Below, in pieces: positions 1 to 12,501 of a stretch of 64,000 nt of DNA; positions within the stretch are counted from its first letter, which is position 1; the number at the start of each line of letters is the position of its first letter. The notes beneath the pieces were generated by a model. It was not told where the DNA came from. It saw only the letters and a program-made list of their open reading frames with translations, and made no database searches. A program made the position numbers and the translations under genes. The stretch is taken from positions 24,922,709 to 24,986,708 of the forward strand of contig OZ316894.1 of assembly GCA_973895155.1 (NCBI GenBank). The letters are read 5' to 3'. Source of the DNA: Marsupella aquatica. Taxonomy: Eukaryota; Plantae; Marchantiophyta.

Positions 1-695
1 GATAGACAGGGCCCGGCATACCATTTTGAATCCGCACACCCTGCCCTGTCGATCTCCAAACAAGTCCACGTCTGCCAGTAGAACCACAACCGAACCACCG
101 ATACCACCTGAACATCCTCAATCCCGCTGAAACATCGCAACATATGAAATGGATCCTTTGATCTCCTCCTTCTTCCCATTCAGGTACGAAATGCTCCGTT
201 TTCAGTCCGCAGCCTCGTTATCGACCTCACTGACGGCCCCTCCATCCGCAATCGCACCGCCGAGCCTTTTCCATTACAAACCTAAAATGGCAAACGAGAC
301 CGCATATCCCGCTTGTTTACCCCCCCTGCCCGAGTGGTCGTCCCTTGCTGCTGATTCGTCGGAACAGAAGAAGCTTCGTCACCTTCGTCTCACACCGAGA
401 CAGGAACATAACAGCTAGAGAAAGGCTCATCCACGAACATAATCATGAATAGATCCAATCCTAGAAGCACATCTCGAATGCCACAGAAACCATCAATCGA
501 AAAACGCATCATCGCTAGCTTCTCCTCCCCTCCCCACCCTGTCCCTTTTCCTTCGCTTCGCTCTGGCGAGAATGAACATCAGTGCAAGGTAAAACCCTCA
601 CTGGCTCAGAAGCCCGTGCATTCAAATCATGGAGTTCTCCAGGGCTGCCATAGCAATCCCACCGAGGTTGCAACTGAGATCCCCTAGAATGTGAA

Positions 696-858
696 GCTAG
701 CTTTTTCTTTTCCTCGAAAAAACGCTTTGAATGAAATGCCATTTGCTTTAGATTTCATCAGGGCGCTTTGTTTCGAGTCATAGGACAGGTTTGGTTTCAC
801 ATGGATATTGAGGTGTCATTTGTACCACAGAAAATCTCAATAAATGGAGAGTAGAAGG
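696..858. repeat. ~170-190 bp local repeat, copy 1 (copies 2 and 3 at ~4702-4875 and ~4898-5075)
   Basis: GCTAGCTTTTTCTTTTCCTC...TTTAGATTTCATC...GGACAGGTTTGGTTT...TATTGAGGTGT...TGGAGAGTAG recurs at 4702 and, more diverged, at 4898. The LINE lies between copy 1 and copy 2. Confidence 0.75.
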
Positions 859-898
859 TATATGTTAGAGTGCCAAAGGGCAAAAATGCCTAGCTGGG

Positions 899-3800
899 CA
901 CCGATCGCTTCTTTAAATCCTTTCGGAGCTTAGCTATCAACAACACGATTCATCAACTGTTCAACGATGAGGACCAGCTAGTCCACGAATGGGATGACAT
1001 GGCTGTAACTGCGACCACTTTTTTTGGGAAAATCCTTGGGCACTCAGCTGGCTTACATCCTGAACAACTGGCGAGGGTACTGGCGTTGCAAACTGAGTCC
1101 ATCTCAGAGGAGGATAGGGCACATTTGAATGCACCGCTCACATTGGAGGAGCTCAGGCTGGCGGCTTCTGCTCTAGCGAAGAACAAATGCCCTGGTCCCG
1201 ATGGTGTCCCAGCAGAATTCTTTGTGGCAAACTGGAATACAGTTGGAACTTCACTGCACAGGACCCTGCTCTTGGGTATGTCATCCGAAGGTTTCTTACC
1301 GGAATTTACCAGAGGCCTTATTGTTCTATTGAGCAAGAAGGACGATCAACGTCGTCTTACTAACAAGCGGCCCATCACTCTACTGAACGTGATCTATAAA
1401 ATCGGGGCCACGTGATCTATAAAATCGGGGCCACGTGATCTATAAAATCGGGGCCAAAGCCTTTCAGATGCGCCTTACACCAATTCTCCAACATTTTATT
1501 ACGCCCCAGCAATTCCCCTTTCTCCCGGGCAGAAATATACACCATTCACTTATGTTACTCAATGAGTCAATACATCAAGCGTCATCTATTGGCCTCGATT
1601 ACATCTTCATGAAACTGGATGTTACTAAGGCTTTCGATAAGCTGGAGTGGAGCTTTCTCTTATCTCTCCTGGAGAGGGTGGGCTTTGGTGGGCAGCTCAC
1701 ACAGTTTTTGTAGGCAACTCATGCCTCGGCTACATCGTCAATACTCCTCAATGGTAAGATGGCTACCCCATTCGGACTTGCACGTTCCATCAGACAGGGC
1801 ACACAGTTTTTGCAGGCAACTCACGCCTCGGCTACATCGTCAATACTCCTCAATGGTAAGATGGCTACCCCATTCGGACTTGCACATTCCATCAGACAGG
1901 GCTGCCCACTATCGCCACTGCTGTTCTTGATAGCCATCGATGCCCTCAGTCGCATGATTCTTTGGGAAGCTGAAAGGGGATCCATTTAGGGGGTGTTTTT
2001 TCCGTCAGTGAATGTTCATTACATACACAACCTTTTTGCTGATGATCTAGCTATGATCATCAGAGCTGTGATGGATTACGTCAATGCTTGCAAAAATATT
2101 CTAGAATTGTTCGGCATGGCGTCTGGCCTTTTCTGCATGTGGGAGAAAGCAAAAGCGGCATTTATCTCTCCTAGGCGAATTCCCATTGAATTTCGACGTC
2201 TGCCCTGGCAATGGGAGGACGCCTCCACAGCCACCAAGCTATTGGGGATCCACTTTGCTCATGGCATTTCGGAGCAGCGGATGATTCTTGCCCTCTCTGA
2301 GAAGCCCGAATCCCGATTGGATAAAATCAGGAAGGCTTCTGGTTCTCTCATCACCCGAGTTACATTCGTCAACCATTTGGTATTGAGCACCTTGTGGTAT
2401 GTGCTTACGGTTTGGGCGGGCCAACAAAGCACTCTGGATGCCTTACAGAAGAAAATCACAGCCTTCATCTGGGCTGGGCAGAACATCCAGGCTTGTCCTC
2501 GGGTCAATTTTGCCACGATTACCCGGTCCAAGCATTTTGGGGGGCTGGGCCTAATATCACTCTCTGCACAATTATGGGCTCTCACAGGGAATTTTATTCT
2601 CTGGGCGCTGGCTGACGGCGACCACCCCCTCCGTCGCATCCTGCAACAGAAGATCAAAATGCTGTCAAGTCAGAAATGGGGAACGAAAGACTACTCATGG
2701 GTAGTCTCACGGTGTAACACTCTCCCGCAGCAAGGTTCGCAAGTCTGGAGAAATGTCTGCATTGGTTGGAATGTTATTAAGCAGAACTTGAGACCTATTG
2801 CACCCGCACACCTTGAGGAATGGTTGGACCTCCCACTCTGGCACCCGCATCTAAATCACATACGTGCTAATCAAGCAAAATGTTCTCGGAACCCTCAATG
2901 GCGAATCAGGAGGGCTGGAATTAGGCAGATGCAAGACGTCACGACATTGGAGGGGACCTTCATCCGGTGGGAGGATGGCCCTAATAGGATTTTTCCAGGG
3001 AATTGTGCCACGGCCTATAGACAATTGATTGCCAATCTGGTTCGTGTGCCCAACATTCATGGTAATCCTCGACAGCGCATCCCGGTCTTCATGGAGGCGA
3101 GACTACAAAATGGAACGCATTTCATATGGGAGTACAAGCTTCAACGAAATCATACGACTTCCAACTGGCAACTTTTCCCTGAGGCAGCGACCCCTCTGAG
3201 AACCTTTAGTGTCAGTAACGGGGCCCTTCGCAAGCTGGAGCACTCTGCTCCCCCGCTCGATACCTTGCTGCACCGAGTGGTGATTCGCTCAGACAAAAGG
3301 TCTGGGGTCTCGCATCAACGTATTGGGCGGCCGGTTGGCCTCTTACAGATTTTGCTGCAGCACGAATGGAAGGATGGCACCCCATTCCTGGAAACCAGCA
3401 CTGCTCATCTACGGGAGATTCAGGGCCCACTGCGAACCATGACACATAAGGCTCTCCGGAAGTGGGCTAAACGCTTGAATTGGAGCCCAAACCTGAAATT
3501 GTTGTGGGCTAATACTTGGCTACCCTTTCGTGCAGCGGCAGAAAACTGTTTCTTATGGCAGCTTATTTATCGGATCCCGGCTACCCAGCATTGGAGGATG
3601 CCGACACTGCCAACAACAAACCCACTAACCTGGTGCACCCGATGTGATCTCAATATACAGGAGGATCTAATACGTTGTCTCTGGAGCTGCCCCATTTCTT
3701 CATCCGTCTGGCGTTGGGTACAGTTCATCCTACATAGTGCATCCTCCACAAGGAATTCAACCATCTATCTGCAGGCTGCACACATTTTTTTGGGTGCCCC

Positions 3801-4426
3801 CCTCCCGGATGTTTGGGACACTCCTCTTAAACTTTGGCATACTTTGCGGGCCATTGTTGCTTGGATCCTTTGGAAGGATAGGAGTTCACATTTCATTGAG
3901 CATACTTGTTCGTGTGACCAAGTGGTCATCCGAAGATCCTGGCACCGCCTGGGGATTTACATCCGAAGAGATTGGGCCAAACAGCAATTCAAAATTAAGA
4001 CCGGTAAAACCTCCTTAGGCGAAGCCAGCAATTACATGGCCCTCAACTATGGATCTTGGGATGGATTGTGGGAAATCCATAGCGATACCCTACAAGTACC
4101 GCCAGTGCCACCCCGTCCCCCATGATTTAGGTGTTGGAGTCAGGAGTAGAAGCTTGACTGCAGGCTAGACTGATATTGTTTTACTTTATCACAGACCCAC
4201 TGTTGGGTGCCATGCCGGCACTCCTCACTGGCCGGTCTTTGGGGTGTGCCGCTCCTTCTATAGTAGTTAAATTTCTGGTTTGGCTCCCTTCGTGCTGGGC
4301 CTGCTTCTCTTCTGGTGCCGGCCTCTCCGGTCTCATGGGCAGCTTGACCTTTGGTCCCCCCTGGGTGCCGACCCCCTTTTGTATGCTGGCTTTTTGGATG
4401 AATTTCAAATTGTTTTTTCAAGGCAA
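899..4426 (+). mobile_element. 5'-truncated L1/Tx1-clade LINE (non-LTR retrotransposon)
   Basis: 17-bp TSD AAAAATGCCTAGCTGGG at 882-898 and 4427-4443. ORF2 remnants carry RT motifs. ~300-bp 3' UTR ends in a short A-run. No ORF1 or endonuclease present. Confidence 0.92.
960..4125 (+). pseudogene. LINE ORF2 reverse transcriptase plus C-terminal zinc-knuckle, disrupted
   Basis: Motifs KCPGPDG, RPITLLNVIYKI, KLDVTKAFDKLEW, SIRQGCPLSPLLF, LFADD, and C-terminal WCTRC...CLWSCP. Broken by a triplicated 23-mer (1387-1455), a 102-bp duplication (1698-1901) and TAG stops at 1711 and 1987. Confidence 0.9.
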
Positions 4427-4701
4427 AAAAATGCCTAGCTGGGAGACAGGGTCCCAATGGCCAAGCAGACCAGTAATAACAAAGGGGAAAAGGAAGGGAA
4501 AAAGGCCCCAAGAACGCTGGAAGGTCCAACAAGCCAAGGAGTCACTCACAACAACAAACCAACACAAGGACAAAAACAAAGAACTTACAAGCAAGCCAAG
4601 AAAATTAACATTCTATTGGGTGGAGAAGTGAAAAGTCGGATAGATCTTGGGAGTACACCTGATAGGAGAAGGCTTATGTAGAGGGCTGGATGATGGACAA
4701 G

Positions 4702-5075
4702 GCTAGCTTTTTCTTTTCCTCAAAAGGACCCTTTATCTGAAATGGCATATGCATTTAGATTTCATCCCAGCCCTTCCTCTAAAGTCACTGGACAGGTTTG
4801 GTTTTACATGCTATTGAGGTGTTGTAGTACAATAAAAATCTGAATCCTGAATGGAGAGTAGTGGGTCCCCCAAAATGCTTATAGGGCCAGGTGAGGTTAG
4901 ACTTTTCTTTTACTTGACAAAACATTGTACATGAAATGACATTTGTTTTCAGATTTCATCAAATTAAAGCCCTAACTTTCAAGTCACTGGCATCTTTGGT
5001 TTTACACTCTATTGAGGTGTCATTTTTAAAAGAAAAATCTCAGTCCTAAGTGGAGACGAGTGGGTCCCCCAAACT
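4702..5075. repeat. Two tandem diverged copies of the ~190-bp repeat seen at 696-858
   Basis: Both copies share AGATTTCATC, GGTTTTACA, TATTGAGGTGT and AGTGGGTCCCCCAAA. Confidence 0.7.
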
Positions 5076-5350
5076 GTTTAGCCTTGAATAAATAGACCTA
5101 GCCTTGAATAAATAGACCTACCCCCAATCCCTGTTGTCTGCTCCGACCCCCATTTCAGTCATTACACTAAACTTGGGTTACACCCGAGTCAGTGTGTGGA
5201 GATGATGGCACCCAACTTGGGTCATGCCCAAGTCACCATCTTGTCTAGAGACTCTCTCGCGGTAGGCCATGAGGAGTACTTTTCAATAAAGATTATTTGG
5301 TTCCCCAAATAATAATACCGGTTAGTTTGGGGAACAGGTATTACTAACCG

Positions 5351-5800
5351 GTATTATTTACCTGTCCCCCAAACTATTTTTTCCTAAGTCGACCGCCATT
5401 GTGTATATGGGTTACTCTAACTCTTGTGATAACCCAAGGTCATTTTAGATTGGTCGTCTGTCACGTGGCAAGGCGCTATTGGCCACGCTGAACCCCAACC
5501 GATAACGCCCTAACCCAGGCCAGCTCATTCCCATTATGAAAAATACAGGAGTATTGGACCGGCTCCCTCACATTGTGTAAGGGCAGGCCCAAGCCTGGCT
5601 CCCTCCCCAACGTCAACTTTGAGCCAATAGAGGCCCGATGACAGGGCCGTCCCGTCAGTGTGGCCAATAGCGCCTTGCGATGTGGCAGACGGCCAATCTC
5701 AAATGACCTTGGGTGAAATTGCACATGAGTTAGATTAACTTGTATATAAATGGGGGTTGATTTAGGAATAAAAATAGTTTGGAAAACAGGTTAATACTAA
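5351..5800. mobile_element. Foldback / MITE-like element with ~140-bp inverted arms
   Basis: 5351-5491 is an imperfect reverse complement of 5655-5800 (e.g. CAAGGCGCTATTGGCCAC vs GTGGCCAATAGCGCCTTG; CCCAAGGTCATTT vs AAATGACCTTGGG). No TSD resolved. Confidence 0.7.
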
Positions 5801-6521
5801 GAGTGTTTAGTTTGGGAAACTAAAGCCCTCCACTTTGTCTATGAAGCCCAGATGGACTGGAAAAACTTGGATGGATTTGCACAGAAATTTAAATTAACTT
5901 AGATAACATTATTTACACTTTTGACTGAAATACGACCTATAAACGGTTTCCTTACAGTTTGCCCCCGGTTTCAATCACATTATTGAACTGGTTTCCTCGG
6001 TAACTTGCAACCTTGAACCTGGACTACTTCAAGACATCATGTCATTACTCAGGATCACCATGAGTTCTTGACTATTTTCCCAAGGTAGTCAAAGTAGTCA
6101 ACTATGATCCAGGTCAACATCCACGACTGCTTATTTCTTTTTTTGGTGTAAAAGCAAGGATGGCTTCATGGAACTCTCTCTTTATGGAGTCCATCCGGGT
6201 ACAACGATCGCTTTATGGAGTCCATGGGGGTGGGCAGGGACAATGTCTCGTCCATCCGAGTTTCGGTTTGTGAGTTTGGGGGACACGTTAGTAAACGAAG
6301 GGACATGTTTGTAAACGACGGTTTGGTTATATCTCTTTGTTCCCTTGTTCCCTTGTTCCCCCAGGAGGGTGGATCGCCCACACGCTGATACAGAGTAACT
6401 GTGTGGAAGAGATCTCGATTGGGCAGACAGAGGGCGACTGATTCATTTGGAGGCGAAGACACAGCTTCAGTAGACTCGGAAAGAAGCAGAGCGCAGACAA
6501 GCAGGCAAGCAGGCAGGCACG

Positions 6522-7150
6522 ATGAGTTGGTTGGAGACTATGCCGCCCTTGATCATCATCGGCGGGATGCTTTGTGTCGCGGGCACTTCCCAACATGTCT
6601 TCAACAAATTGCTTCATGGCAAGGTATGAACTCACTCACTTTCTGGGTCTCTGTCTCTTTGTTGCTGAGTCGTGGCTTTACTGCCGCCCGCCATCGCAAT
6701 TGAACTCTTTTCCAGGTTTTCATCTAGCTGATCGACCGATGTCAAGGACAGACCCTAATTGTATGTAATCTTGCCATGGTTTCGGGTGGCCGACTAGACA
6801 GGTTCATGCATAAGTTCGAGGTGCTTCCTCGCAGTGTATTTCCTTATTCGGTTAGGTCATATTTCTTTCCAGTGTACGCTTCAAGGCACGGGCCTTGTTT
6901 GGTCTCGGGTAGGGCTACCGTAGTCTGCACCAACCCAACCAGTGAAGGAACATTGGATAATTGAGTCAGGTAAGCTCAATGCATCACTGTAGGGGAAACC
7001 GATCTATCGACATGAGCCTAAAATTTGCTTCTGTTGTTGGAAATTTGAACTTTACAGCCGAAGCATCCTGGATCGGATCTTTGGGATAAGGCCATGGAAC
7101 ACAGAGACGCGCGTCTACTCGAGGAAGTCGCAAGGAAGCAAAAGCAATAA
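6522..7150 (+). CDS. NDUFA1: NADH dehydrogenase (ubiquinone) 1 alpha subcomplex subunit 1 (MWFE), 64 aa, exons 6522-6623 and 7058-7150
   Basis: Spliced product MSWLETMPPLIIIGGMLCVAGTSQHVFNKLLHGK/PKHPGSDLWDKAMEHRDARLLEEVARKQKQ* matches the plant MWFE pattern (WLE..PL.IIGGMLC...HG.PKH...D.WD.AME.RD). GT-AG intron 6624-7057. Absent from the ORF track. Confidence 0.93.
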
Positions 7151-9389
7151 AGTTGTGAGCAACCTCGATTATTCTTCAATGGTTTGAATCCATGGTAATT
7201 TCTTTCTGCCTCAATAGTTTTATGGTTTAATGCGGTGAGTGATTTGGCCCTGCTTTGGCCGCTTTCACTCATGAACCTGCTTAAAGGAATTAAATAACAG
7301 CTCCAGTGACTTATTTGGATCCCTTTTATTGATGTGTCTGACGTGCCCTGCAGAATTCTTGTGTTGTTTCTCCCCCAAGCTACACAACTTTATGAAAATA
7401 ACTGGACAATTGAAGTCTAGGCTAAAGCTCGGGTGATTGACTATCGTAGAGTCTGTGCATGGAGCTCCTTGATTTAGTCACGGGTAGCAACCACAGCAGG
7501 GAGATTTTGTGAACCTGTTTTTGAGGATTTGAAGATGAATTCTGAACGTAAAATATTCCTCTATTTTTCGGGCAATTATTAGACGGAATCAAAATGATAC
7601 TGGTCTCAAGAAATGGAAAGTTTACAAGTCACTGCGATATTGTAGCAGTTAATGTCACATGGAACGAAGGTATGCAAAATTAACTGGACCTCGTTCTTGT
7701 AACCAATGGGAGAAGTCTCTTGTAGAACTACAGAAGGTGACAACAAACAGTCTGCACCATTCTGCATATGGATAGCTAAGGACTCTGGCTTTGCCTCTTC
7801 AAACGTGGATCCGAGAGCGCTACCATTTATTCGTTTGGTTGAATGTGAGAGATGAGTGGGAATTGCCTCGAAAAGAAAGTGAGTTTGTGGAAGAGAATTA
7901 TAGATTCATCGCGACGGGTCATTGATTTACTCAAATGATTTGTATAAACTGCAAACTAAGGAAGTCAGAAAATTGAGGAAAACAAGGCTCTTTGTGAAAG
8001 GCTTCCGCATTAGGTATCAACCCCTGCAGTAACATTCAGGCTTTGAGTTCCAGGATAATGACGTCAGCCAGTTGCGTTGAGGTTTATAATGTCCCAAGTT
8101 CATCTGCATGAAGCTCTTCAAGGTCCTTTGCTTGAATCTGTTTTGAGGGTCGTTTTCGGAATTTATGATCCTGGTGTGAAGATGAACTTTATATAGCACC
8201 CGTCGGGCATGAAACAGAGACGCGGTCGCAGCTTTTGAACGTAAGCTTGGAGATAGTTCCTCTTCCTTATCAGGGACAGATACAGACATCGTGGGACTAC
8301 CTCCTCCATTTTAGTACCTCCTCTTTCCTGCCTCATCTGTATGTCACTGTTTAAAAGACCAGTTCGCAAAATCTTTCGCTTGACGAAAAGCTTCATTGAA
8401 ATTCCTTGTTGTGGAACACTATTATGTATTTTCAAGGATAGGCTAAGCAGACCAGGCAGTAGGCAGGAATAGCTTTAAAATACCGATTTCTTGGCCAGAA
8501 GTCGTAAAAACATTTCATGGCGTCTATGCTTGAATTATACAATGCTCACCAGTCCTGCATGCTTACAGTAAGCTTGGGAGGCTGAGATGGAATGGAAAGA
8601 TGAAAGAGTAGGTGATTTGTAATCAGCTTCCTCTTCAATGTTAGTGCTCATAGCAATCTTTCCAAATTTCTCTCGCAAATAGAGACAGTTCTTTTAAATC
8701 AATGTTTTCTCCATCAATTATCGGATTCCACCTCCTAATAGCCCGAACGTACTGATGATGTGCTACCTCGAAACATTCATTAGATGCTAACCAAGTTGTA
8801 TTAGCTTTCTTGCACTACTGGAGATTCGAACCCATTGGTCTACATGGTTACTCTACAGCTTTGCTTATAAATACTTTTCTTCAGCAATGAACGAGATTGT
8901 ATGGATGACGAGTTCCTCAGGGCTCCTGTGTGTACTTCAGAATTTCCAAGATCTGCTCGATAGAAACAAACTCGGGGATAGTACTAAACTGAAGGTCAAC
9001 CGGTCAATGCTGAGAAACATCAGTCCCTTCAGAATGTCGCAAAGGGTGTAAGATCATTTCAAATGAATGGAGGGTCGCCAAAGAAGAATGTTCGGTGCAC
9101 ACCAGTTGCGGTTCTCTCCCCCATCTAGGTGCAAATGCTGCTTTTGAGAAACGAACTAGCAATGTGTAGACCTGAGGTTACAGAACTGTGACCTGTGCTC
9201 AAATGACTGAATAGTAAGTCCCTCTTCAGCACAAGCCCCAGTAATTCCCTTCAGGCCACCAACTGTTCCATCAATCCCCATCACTTGGTGCACAGCCTAT
9301 GACCTTCTTTCCATCAATTTGGCTTTAGAACCTGCAATGCCGACGAGATCTCAGCTATGTATCAGAGTCAATGCAAACTACAGAATTGT

Positions 9390-9655
9390 ATTTGAACCAT
9401 GTCCTGAACAGCTATCTTCACATGACATCAACACATGTGGCTACAAAGCTATTACTCTACGTGCCTTAATGATCCAAATGCTGACGTAGTGCTCCCCATA
9501 AAAAGTGACAAATGCTTTCACCTTACACTTGAATAACATATTTAAACCATGTCGCTTAATTAACAGCTATCTTCACATCACATCAACACAGTCATGTGGC
9601 TACAAAACTATTACTTTACGTGCCTTAATTATCAAAATGCTGACGTAGGGCTCTC
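9390..9655. repeat. Near-tandem ~105-bp direct duplication
   Basis: AACCATGTC...ACAGCTATCTTCACAT.ACATCAACACA...TGTGGCTACAAA.CTATTACT.TACGTGCCTTAAT...AAATGCTGACGTAG at ~9390-9495 and ~9540-9655. Confidence 0.8.
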
Positions 9656-10804
9656 GCAGAGAAGAGTTCGTCATGCACTATGGAAACACATCTGAATATT
9701 GGTTGATTCCCAAACTTTTCAAGGAGGAATTTAGAAAAGTGGAATCAAGTTATGAACTGGACAAATAACACTAGAGTATAACCATACTATAGCTACACCA
9801 ACACTGCATCCAAGGGTGACTTGACCACCAAGCCAAGCGTAAGCAAGGCAATCGACAAGAGTTTAATTGTCACAAGTCAGTTCAAATTCATCAAATGGCA
9901 ATTTACAATCTGATATACAATTCATGGTGACGTGCATTTGGCGATAGAACAATTGGGATTCTATATATCAATACATCTTCTTTGCAAGCAGGCCTCAAAA
10001 CCATATCATCACATGCAAGCTGTGCGAATACGTTAAAAAAGTGGTGTCAAAATTGTATACGAGTAAAGACACTGGGACTTGGTGACATTATTAAGGCATG
10101 CTGAATTCATTACCGTCAAGCTCATGCATGGGATCGACGATCGTATTGGTGTAGTTAAGGTGTGGGAAAGACCATGGCCGTCGATCTCATTTTCACTCGT
10201 ACAAAGGCTTTAATGAAAACCTGGATGACCTGCAAAACGTGTCCTGCGCAAGCTGAGGAGTTCGGTAGCAGCAACAGTCGAACGAAGCTTCAACATTGGA
10301 GAGCTTCCTGCTTTCCAATTGCTTGCAGGCTGCTGCATTACACCGACGAGGATGGACCTTGTCTAGTCAAGCCACTGCCTCTTAATGTAGTACTCCCATC
10401 CAGGTCAATGTAAGGGATACTTTACAAGAATACTCGACAAGAGATACTGGACGTCAGGTTTGATCCCAACCGTTACTTTACGGTGACCGGTCTTTCTTGA
10501 CTGGAGAAGAGTTTTGGCGGACGTCTCGGCTCTGGTTTCCCAAGTCTGATGGTAGTTGGTGGGTCCGTCCAGGTGAGTAATGGCCTCATCGTAACCAGTA
10601 CGTTGCTTTTGTGCTCCGTCTCCTGGAAGCATACATTTTAGGCTGAAAATTTAGCCCCACTCGGTTTGGCCTGGGAATTCAAGCTCTTCTTGTAAAGTGC
10701 CCCTAATCTAAACATGCTCCATCTTTTACATGAACTATTAAGGGAGTGCGCCTAATCTAAACACTACAATATGCAATCACTAGCTCAATACCCGTGCGTT
10801 GCAC

Positions 10805-12480
10805 AAAAGATGTCGTGACGGCCAAGATGTCGTTGAGAACAAAAGAGGTCATGTCGGCCAAGAGGTTGTTGAGAAGAAAGATGTCGTGTCGCCCAAGAAA
10901 TTTTTGAGAACAAAAGATGTCGTGTCGGCAAGATGTTGATGATAAACAAAATATGTCGTGTCGGCCAAGATGTAGTTGAGAACAAAAGATGTCGTGTCGA
11001 CTAAGATGTCATGTCGGCCAAGATTTGGTTGAGAAAAAAGATGTCGTGTCGACCAAGAGGTTGTTGAGAAAAAAAGGTGTATTGGCCAAGAGGTCGTTGA
11101 GAAAAATGATGTCGTGTTGGCCAAGATCTCATTGATAAAAAAGATGTTGTGTGACCGGCCAAGAAATCATTGAGATAAAGGATCTTGTGTTGGCAAAGAA
11201 GTCGTTGAGAAAAAAGATGTCATGTCGGCCAAGACGTCGTTGAGAGAAAATATGTTGTGTCGGGCAAGACATCATTGTGAAAAAAGAGTCGTGTCGGCCA
11301 AGACGTCGTTGAGAAAACAGATGTCGTGTTGGCCAATGTTGAGCATAGACGACATTCGCAACGGCAAGCCCATGAACCATCCAACGCACAATAGTCGACA
11401 CAGAGAGATACGTGGTTCACCTCCACATGAGGCTACGTCCACGGGAACACACAAGAGCTTTACTGCACTCTAGGCCGACCGGCCATACCAAGCATCCACA
11501 GCACAAGCTCTCCCTATCTCTCAACTAGCTCCATAACAATGAGCCTAAGTTCCACCAGGGTCTGGCATCAGCCCTGGCTATATGCACAACAGCACTACCG
11601 CTAACATTAGCTAAGTCCTAACCCGAGTTAGACTAACTGTGGTTAGCTCATGAGTCACAAGACTAGAGCAATATCTAACAGCCAAGACGTCATTGAGGAA
11701 AAATATCAGTGCATTGCACAAAAGATGTCATGTCGCCCAAGATGTTGTTATCTGAAAGATGTCATGAAGTAAAAAGATGTCGTTAAGAAAAAAGAAGTCA
11801 TTTTTCCAAAGATGTCATTATGTGAAAGATGGCGTTAAGAAAAAGGTGTCATTTTGCCAAACTAAGTGATTGTGAAGTAAAAGATGTTATAAATAAAAAG
11901 GTGTCGTTTCACCCAATATGTCATTAATATGTGAAAGATAGCTCAATACCTGTGCGTTGCACAAAAGATGTCGTTAAGAAAAAAGATGTTGTGTTGCCAA
12001 AGATGTTGTCATGAAAAAAGGTGATGTTGCCAACAATTTTGTTAAGTAAAAACATGTTGTGTTGTCAAAGTTTTTTTAAGAAAAAAGATGTCATGTTGCC
12101 AAAGATGTCGTTAAGAAAAAAGATGTCATGTTGCCAAAGAAGTTGTTAATATGTGAAAGATGTTGTGAAGTAAAAAGATGTCATTAAGAACTATGATGTC
12201 GTGATGCCAAAGGTGTCGTGAAGAAAAAATGTTCTTATGTGAAAAATGTTGTGAAGTAAAAGATGTCGTTGCACCAAAGATGTCTTTATGTGCAAGACGT
12301 TGTCAGGTAAAAGATGATGTTTTACGAAAGATGTTATTAAGTATTTTTTCGTTAAGTACAAAATGGTCGATAAGTAAAGGGATGTCATTAGACAAAGATG
12401 TAAGTTGTGAAGTAAAAGATGTTCTTAAGTACAATTGAAAATATTGCTAGTAAACCATGTTAAGTAAAAAAAGTTGTTAA
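10805..12480. repeat. Degenerate minisatellite (~35-40 bp; AAAAGATGTCGTGTCGGCCAAGATGTCGTTGAGAA) inside the Helitron
   Basis: Dozens of AAAGATGTC(G/A)TG units. Interrupted by the solo LTR at 11337-11680. A second Helitron-end-like motif occurs at ~11940-11965. Confidence 0.88.
11337..11680 (-). mobile_element. Solo LTR (344 bp) related to the Copia at 40934-47504
   Basis: TG...CA ends and 5-bp TSD GCCAA (11332-11336, 11681-11685). 11337-~11550 is the reverse complement of the 3' part of the Copia LTR (AACGGCAAGCCCATGAACCATCCAACGCACAATAGTCGACAC). Confidence 0.93.
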
Positions 12481-12501
12481 GTTGTTGCCACTTTTTTGCC
12501 A

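Noticed and set aside
1-420. Minus-strand frame running off the window edge, and the 89-aa plus-strand ORF
   Set aside because: No recognisable homology or start context; cannot be resolved at the window edge.
8811-8836. tRNA T-loop-like GGTTCGAATC on the minus strand
   Set aside because: No cloverleaf or A box could be assembled.
10762-10769. CACTACAA as a CACTA transposon terminus
   Set aside because: No matching TTGTAGTG end with a 3-bp TSD nearby; Helitron termini explain the region better.
10805-12480. CRISPR-like appearance of the regularly spaced repeats (also 30706-30970 and the LTR arrays)
   Set aside because: Units are contiguous and degenerate with no unique spacers, there are no cas genes, and the context is eukaryotic. 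These are minisatellites.
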